Below the pieces are notes generated by a model that did not search any database, was not told where the DNA came from, and saw only the letters and a program-made list of their open reading frames with translations. The translations under genes and the position numbers were made by a program. From Chloroflexota bacterium (lineage in GTDB: Bacteria; Chloroflexota; Limnocylindria; Limnocylindrales; CSP1-4), in the NCBI GenBank assembly GCA_034667005.1, contig JAXDKU010000124.1, positions 1 through 60,931 of the forward strand: a stretch of DNA of 60,931 nucleotides. The letters run 5' to 3'. Every line of letters starts with the position of its first letter. Within the stretch, counting starts at the first letter, position 1. This document shows positions 55,711 to 60,931 of this stretch, one piece after another.

Positions 55711-57633
55711 TTAGCGGAGCGTCCAGTTCAGGGTTCGGGTGTCGACGCCGCCGCCGGTGTCGGTGCCCGTGATGGTGACCTTGATGGTCCCCAGCGCGCC
55801 CGGCTTGACGGTCCAGGTCGCGGTGAACTTGGAGGGCGAGTACTTGACCAGGTAGACCGAGTACTTGGCCATGCCGGGCTGCTTGATGCTGACCTTGGGC
55901 CAGCCCGTCTGAGGCTCGGCCGTGATGAAGGTGAGCTTCACCTTCTGGCCGGCCGTCACGGCGCGACCCGCCGGGGACACCTTGAAGGGTGCGATCCGGG
56001 TGTCGACCGCGTGGCTGTAGGTGCCCTTGTCGGTGATGGCCGTGAGGAGCATCGTGTAGACGCCGTCCGGCACGTAGGCGCCGACATCGTCTTTGCCGTC
56101 CCAGGTGAAGCTGACCAGGCCCGGGTCGTGCGGCTCGGCCGTCATCACGGTCCGGACCGGGGCGCCCGCCTTGGTCGTGACGAGCCAGCTGAGCACGGCC
56201 GGCTTGTCGAGCGTGACGGACTGGGTCTGGGTCTGGGCCAGCGCGTCGTCGTCGCTGGGGTTGAACAGGGCGGGCGACAGAGCCGGGGCTCGCATCGCGG
56301 TGAGGACCATGACGCTGGTCGAGGCGGGCTCGCCGACGTTGCCGGCGCGGTCCTTCGGGGTGACCGTCAGCGTGTAGTCGCCGTCGGAGACGAAGTTCGC
56401 GGCATCGTTGCGACCGTCCCAGACGTCCGTCGTGGCGCCTTCCTGGGACCAGTTGGTGTACGAGCGCACGACCGTGCCGTCGCCCTTGGCCACGGAGACG
56501 TCGAGGTAGGCCGGCTCGGAGAGGGTGTGCTGAAGGCTGAGGGTGTCGCTGAGGCCGTCGCCGTTCGGCGTGAAGACCGGCAGGTCCCCACCGTCGGCAG
56601 GCGTCGTGTTCGAGACGGGGCCGGCGGACAGGTCGCTGATCACGGGAGCCGTGGTGTCATCGCTGTCGCCGCTGTCGCGCCACTCGTCGAGGCTGAAGTC
56701 CAGGTCGCCGGTGACTGCCCGGAGAAAGCCCTCTGTCGGGGACTCGTCGAGGTGGACGACGGCACCCGGGGTGCGGACGGAGTCGAGGAAGACGTTGGGC
56801 TTCCAGCCGACCCAGCCGTGCCAGGGGGCGTACTGCGGGTCGCTGCCGCCGCCATCGGTCCAGCGGAAGAAGCCGTCGACGGTCAGGTGCTTGGAGACCA
56901 GGGCCGCGGCCAGGTCCTCACCGGGCTGCCAGCCGAGTCCGAAGACCGCGCGGGCCCCGGCGGCGAGGAAGCCGCTGGCGAAGTTGTCGACCCGCTTGAA
57001 GGCGGTGTCCTGGTTCGGGAGCGCCTGGTCCGGCGAGGCGTTGCCGGAGGCGTAGCAGACGTGGTTGAGGAGGACGATCGCGTTGGGCGCGAAGTGGATC
57101 GCGTTGATGATCTTGTTCGCGCCGTAGTACTTGACGTTGTAGGTGTTGGTGTCCCCGTCGGTCGGGTTGAGGCCGAGGCCGTCCTTGGTGTCTTCCTGGA
57201 AGGCGGACGTCCCGCCGTTCGGGTAGCCGTTGCCATGGCCGATATAGGCGAAGAAGTCCGCGCCGTTGGCGTTGGCCACGACGGTCGCCCACGTGGCGTG
57301 GGGCGGGAGGATCAGGCGGGTGTCCACGCCGGCGTCCGTGAAGACCTTGGCGATGGCCTTGCCATACCCGATGTACTTGGCCGTGTCGTAGCCGGTCGGC
57401 CCGACGACGATGACGGCCTTCTTGCTGGTCAGCGAGGCCGCGGCCATGGCGCCCTTCGAGACTGCCGCCGACCTGGGGGTCGCAGCAACCTTGGACGTCG
57501 CCGTGGAGGCATGCGCTGACGCCGCGAAGCTTGTGAAGCTGAATATGAACGTTGCCGCCATGACTGCGGCAATGACTCCAAATGGCCGAGCTACGCGCCG
57601 CCGCGCAGCCCAGACGGGCACTGGGGACTGCAT
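55711..57633 (-). CDS. Secreted protein with an alpha/beta N-terminal domain and two FlgD Ig-like domains
   Basis: Signal peptide ending ASAHA; YIGHGNG...NHVCYASG; FTPNGDG...WDGRND...DGDY; WDGKDD...PDGVY. Confidence 0.75.
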   Translation of the reverse strand: MQSPVPVWAARRRVARPFGVIAAVMAATFIFSFTSFAASAHASTATSKVAATPRSAAVSKGAMAAASLTSKKAVIVVGPTGYDTAKYIGYGKAIAKVFTDAGVDTRLILPPHATWATVVANANGADFFAYIGHGNGYPNGGTSAFQEDTKDGLGLNPTDGDTNTYNVKYYGANKIINAIHFAPNAIVLLNHVCYASGNASPDQALPNQDTAFKRVDNFASGFLAAGARAVFGLGWQPGEDLAAALVSKHLTVDGFFRWTDGGGSDPQYAPWHGWVGWKPNVFLDSVRTPGAVVHLDESPTEGFLRAVTGDLDFSLDEWRDSGDSDDTTAPVISDLSAGPVSNTTPADGGDLPVFTPNGDGLSDTLSLQHTLSEPAYLDVSVAKGDGTVVRSYTNWSQEGATTDVWDGRNDAANFVSDGDYTLTVTPKDRAGNVGEPASTSVMVLTAMRAPALSPALFNPSDDDALAQTQTQSVTLDKPAVLSWLVTTKAGAPVRTVMTAEPHDPGLVSFTWDGKDDVGAYVPDGVYTMLLTAITDKGTYSHAVDTRIAPFKVSPAGRAVTAGQKVKLTFITAEPQTGWPKVSIKQPGMAKYSVYLVKYSPSKFTATWTVKPGALGTIKVTITGTDTGGGVDTRTLNWTLR

Positions 57634-57919
57634 GAGCGTTTGTGTTCTCCGGTCTGGGGCTGGGGCACGCCCGGATGAACGCACCGATGACGATACAGAA
57701 GATCGCCTTGAAAGTCATTTGCAACCATGCCAAGAAGGTCCCGTTAGCCAGTAGCCGCATCGTGCCGAGTGTCGCGGGGCGCCCGGGCAACGCCCGTCAG
57801 CGGGGTTGCAGCGGTTCCGTGGGGACTGGTGCGGTCCGGGACAGGGCGGGCAGGACGCGGCGCGCGGGAAGTACCACGGGGGTCCCTACGCACGATCCCC
57901 GAGGGGACGGGTTACGGAG

Positions 57920-58846
57920 CTAGCGGCGAAGGGTCGGACTGGGACCTGCGCTGCCGCGAGGCGTGGGAGAGGCGCCCGGCGCCGGGACCGCGACCGATTC
58001 GAAGTCGGTGATCACCAGGACGTGCTCCAGGTCGTCGAGATCGGCGGCGGGCTGGATCAGCGCCGTCTGCACGACAGCGCTCGCGTCGTTCTGCACCTCG
58101 ACCACCCGGCCGATGAGCAGCCCACGCGGAAACGGCGCCTGGCTTCCTGTGCCGAGGTCCAGCCCGGCCGTGACCACGGTGTCATCGGGCGTGACCACCT
58201 CGGTCGTCGGGATGTGAGCCATCGCCAGCAGCGCGGAAAGGCGGCCTTGGACTTCACCCGTCGCGCGGCTCGCCTCGTCCAGGCCGATCACCACGGAACG
58301 CGTGTCGGAGATGAGCATCACGCTGCTGTAATTGGAGCCGGCGTCGACGACGGCCCCGACGAGCGCGCCGCCTTCGGACAGGCAGGGGTCTCCAACGGCG
58401 ATCCCCGCGTCCGTGCCGCGGTCAAGGGTGATGACGCGCTCGACCTCCGTGGCCTGACGGCCGATCACCGCCGCGGCCACCGTGCCGTACTCCAGGGTGG
58501 CCTTCAGCCCAAGAAGCCGGGACAGACGCTCGTTCTCGCCGCGGAGCGTGGCGTACTGCTGGATCTGGGTCTCGAGCTCGGCCACGCGGTCGCCGAGCTG
58601 GCGGTTCTCCCGGCGGAGCTGGTCGATCTCCCCGATGGCGCCGACGATCGAGGTGACCGACCGTGTCGTGCCGGCGAGCGCGCCCTGGATCGGCGACACG
58701 GCGAAGTTGATGCCGCGCCGGAGATCCTGGATCGGACCTGCGCTGGAGACGGCGAGCAGGACCAGGCTCACGGCGACCAGCAGTGCGTAGGTGACGACCC
58801 AGCGGCGAGTCGCGCGGCTCTCGCGCGGGCCGCGGTTCTGGAGCAT
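57920..58846 (-). CDS. mreC: Rod shape-determining protein MreC
   Basis: TM plus coiled coil (ENERLSRLL), ITLDRGT..G, LVG.V, VVTAGL...FPRGLLIG. Confidence 0.93.
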   Translation of the reverse strand: MLQNRGPRESRATRRWVVTYALLVAVSLVLLAVSSAGPIQDLRRGINFAVSPIQGALAGTTRSVTSIVGAIGEIDQLRRENRQLGDRVAELETQIQQYATLRGENERLSRLLGLKATLEYGTVAAAVIGRQATEVERVITLDRGTDAGIAVGDPCLSEGGALVGAVVDAGSNYSSVMLISDTRSVVIGLDEASRATGEVQGRLSALLAMAHIPTTEVVTPDDTVVTAGLDLGTGSQAPFPRGLLIGRVVEVQNDASAVVQTALIQPAADLDDLEHVLVITDFESVAVPAPGASPTPRGSAGPSPTLRR

Positions 58847-58899
58847 GGCTCGACCTCTCCGTCAGAAGGCCGCACCCTGCGGCCGAGGGCACACAGGGA

Positions 58900-59958
58900 T
58901 CAGCGCGGAGGGCGGGAGTACGTCTCCGCGACCAGGGTCCGCTGCATCACGGGGGAGTCCAGCTCCTCGAGCACCCGCCCGGTTCCGCGTGCAACGCAGG
59001 TCAGCGGGTCGTCCGCGATGTGGACCGGCATCTGGGTGGCCTCCATGATCCGGCGGTCGAGACCCTGGAGCAGCGCCCCGCCTCCGGCCAGCACGATGCC
59101 CTGATCCATGATGTCGGCCACCAGCTCGGGTGGTGTTTCCTCGATCGTGTCCTTGATCGTATCGACGATCTGCTGGACGGACAGCTCCAGCGCCTCCCGG
59201 ATCTGGTCGGCGGTGATCTCGACGGATCGCGGCAGCCCCGTGAGGAGGTCACGGCCACGCAGCGTGACGTGCTGCTCGTCGTGCGCGCCGGGGTAGGCAG
59301 AGCCGATGGCGATCTTGATGTCCTCGGCGGTGCGCTCCCCGACGAGCAGGTTGTACTCGCGACGGCCGTAGGAAATGATGTCCTGGTCGAGCTCGTCCCC
59401 GCCGATGCGGATGCTGCGGCTGACCACGATGCCGCCGAGGCTGATGACGGCGACTTCCGTGGTGCCGCCACCGATGTCGACGATGAGGCTGCCGGTCGGC
59501 TCGGCCACGGGCAGACCCGCTCCGATCGCCGCCGCCATGGGCTCCTCGATCAGGCGCGCCCAGCGCGCGCCGGCGTTGAGCGCGGCATCGCGGACGGCCC
59601 GCTTCTCCACCTCGGTGACGCCGGACGGGATGCCGAGCAGCATGCGCGGCCGCGGGATGAGGCCGACGCGGTCGTGCACCTTCTGCACGAAGTACTTGAT
59701 CATCTGCTCGGTGACATCGAAGTCGCTGATCACGCCGTCGCGGAGCGGCCTCACGGCGATGATGTTCGATGGCGTGCGGCCGACCATGCGCTTCGCCTCG
59801 GCACCGACCTCGAGAACCCGCTTGGTCTTGGCGTCGATGGCCACCACGCTCGGCTCGCTGATCACGATCCCGCGGCCCCGCACGTGGACGAGCGTGTTCG
59901 CCGTTCCAAGGTCGATCCCGATGTCGCGGGAGAACAGACCGAGGAAAGCGTCGAGCAT
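58900..59958 (-). CDS. mreB: Rod shape-determining protein MreB
   Basis: IDLGTANT, EPSVVA, TEVEKRA, EEPMAAAIGAG, DIGGGTTEVA, LAGGGALL. Confidence 0.98.
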   Translation of the reverse strand: MLDAFLGLFSRDIGIDLGTANTLVHVRGRGIVISEPSVVAIDAKTKRVLEVGAEAKRMVGRTPSNIIAVRPLRDGVISDFDVTEQMIKYFVQKVHDRVGLIPRPRMLLGIPSGVTEVEKRAVRDAALNAGARWARLIEEPMAAAIGAGLPVAEPTGSLIVDIGGGTTEVAVISLGGIVVSRSIRIGGDELDQDIISYGRREYNLLVGERTAEDIKIAIGSAYPGAHDEQHVTLRGRDLLTGLPRSVEITADQIREALELSVQQIVDTIKDTIEETPPELVADIMDQGIVLAGGGALLQGLDRRIMEATQMPVHIADDPLTCVARGTGRVLEELDSPVMQRTLVAETYSRPPR

Positions 59959-60180
59959 CGGGTGATGGGTCCTCTCGGGGTCGTCGTCGTTGGGGATCGT
60001 CGGCGTCGCGGGTGACGGGCGAAAGTCGAGGCCGGCAGGCGGGCGAAAGGCCGCTGGCCGAAGACGGCCGTTCCGGGGCCGTTGAGTATAGCCGCGCGGA
60101 AATTCCGCTCTGCGAACGACGGCTGCTCACGGAGCGGCGGGTCAAGCCTGGCCGAGCATTGCCGCGCCATGCCGAAGCGC

Positions 60181-60320
60181 CCGGTCGCACGGCCGGTCGC
60201 ACGGCCGGTCAAGTGGCTGGTCACCTGGCTGGTCACCTGGCTGGTCACCTGGCTGGTCGCCTGTCCGGTCGCCCGGTCGGTCGCCTGGCCGGTCGCCCGG
60301 CTGGTCACCTGGCCGGTCGT
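60181..60320. repeat. Degenerate 12-bp tandem repeat, about 11-12 copies
   Basis: Units CCGGTCGCACGG / CTGGTCACCTGG / CCGGTCGCCCGG in 12-bp register. Confidence 0.9.
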
Positions 60321-60324
60321 CCCT

Positions 60325-60452
60325 GGCCGTATGCATCCAGCGGCTCACTCCACTGAGCGGGTGGCCGGTCGCCTGGCTCGTCCCTGGCCGAAGCGCGCGG
60401 CCGGTGCCCGGCCGTATGCACCCGGCGGTTCACTCCACTGAGCGGGTGGCCG
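60325..60452 (+). repeat. Two 43-bp direct repeats of the dispersed element
   Basis: 60325-60367 and 60410-60452 are 40/43 identical; inverted partial copy at 60572-60596. Confidence 0.85.
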
Positions 60453-60818
60453 CTTCATGCACGAGAGGAATGGAGCTGCACTCCGGTTGCGACGTCCATG
60501 CATCCGGCGAATTGACCTGCCAAAAGGCTTGGCAGTTCGATCCGTCCGAAGACTCATTCGGCGACGATCCGCGTTGAGTCAGTCGCTCGATGCATAACCT
60601 CACCGGTACCGAAGACGCCCGCGGCGATCCAGTCACGCTCCGGGCCATCGCTTGGACGTCGTCGCGTGCGCCACGACTGCGCGCGCGGACACGAGTAGGA
60701 GTGGCGCGAACGCGGGACCGTCGTGCATCAGGAGATGAGGCTCATGGCCGGATCCTGGCCGACCTCCCGCGGGAGACCAAGTCTCAGCGAATCGCCGGGA
60801 CACGCCGCCAGGTGGACG

Positions 60819-60931
60819 CTAGCCCTGCCTGTCGAACGTCACGCCGCGATCGCGCAGGCTGACGTACGCGTCGTGGCCGATGATCAGGTGGTCCAGCACG
60901 GCGACGTCCAGCAGTCGGCCGGCGGCCACCG
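60819..60931 (-). CDS. radC: RadC (JAB domain) C-terminus, partial
   Basis: Manual translation [29 protein letters not shown]; usual position upstream of mreB. Confidence 0.88.
   Translation of the reverse strand, partial: VAAGRLLDVAVLDHLIIGHDAYVSLRDRGVTFDRQG

Noticed and set aside
60181-60452. Repeat region as CRISPR or as a coding (PGDQ/VTWL)n ORF
   Set aside because: Contiguous degenerate 12-mers and only two long repeats; the ORFs are by-products of a stop-free repeat with no clear RBS

Overview
High-GC, gene-dense bacterial chromosomal window with no integrase, transposase, cas or phage genes recognised. Gene content suggests a monoderm such as Chloroflexota (inference): F420-type LLM oxidoreductases, mazG-rph-rdgB, radC-mreB-mreC, a membrane-anchored multi-parvulin foldase, a lone Flp pilin and many apparently leaderless genes. 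In order: (1) 1-13.3 kb, an acyl-CoA catabolic region: aldehyde dehydrogenase, two tandem LLM paralogues, a ThDP enzyme, DUF35 plus a Cys-less Ltp2-type thiolase-fold protein, a crotonase and a two-subunit family III CoA-transferase, facing a divergent itaconate-degradation-like operon. (2) 13.9-27 kb, mixed genes: F420-type dehydrogenase, kynU, a ferritin-like protein, a secreted Asp-box protein, DinB, glnA, resB (apparent ATC start), a Cys/Met PLP enzyme, a GGDEF protein and Lrp. (3) 27.2-31.4 kb, a nitrate-reductase-like molybdoenzyme coupled to a helical-bundle/HPP fusion protein. (4) 31.5-41.6 kb, lipoprotein, tRNA-Pro, Na+/H+ antiporter, nagA, flp, rdgB-rph-mazG, cysC and the foldase. 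(5) 41.7-55.6 kb, an ABC-exported, possibly sulfated surface-glycan locus with a Glu-Pro repeat protein. (6) FlgD-Ig secreted protein, mreC, mreB and radC. Two long intergenic regions share a ~30-bp dispersed element, each near a short tandem-repeat array. All calls rest on motif recognition by eye; no database searches were run.
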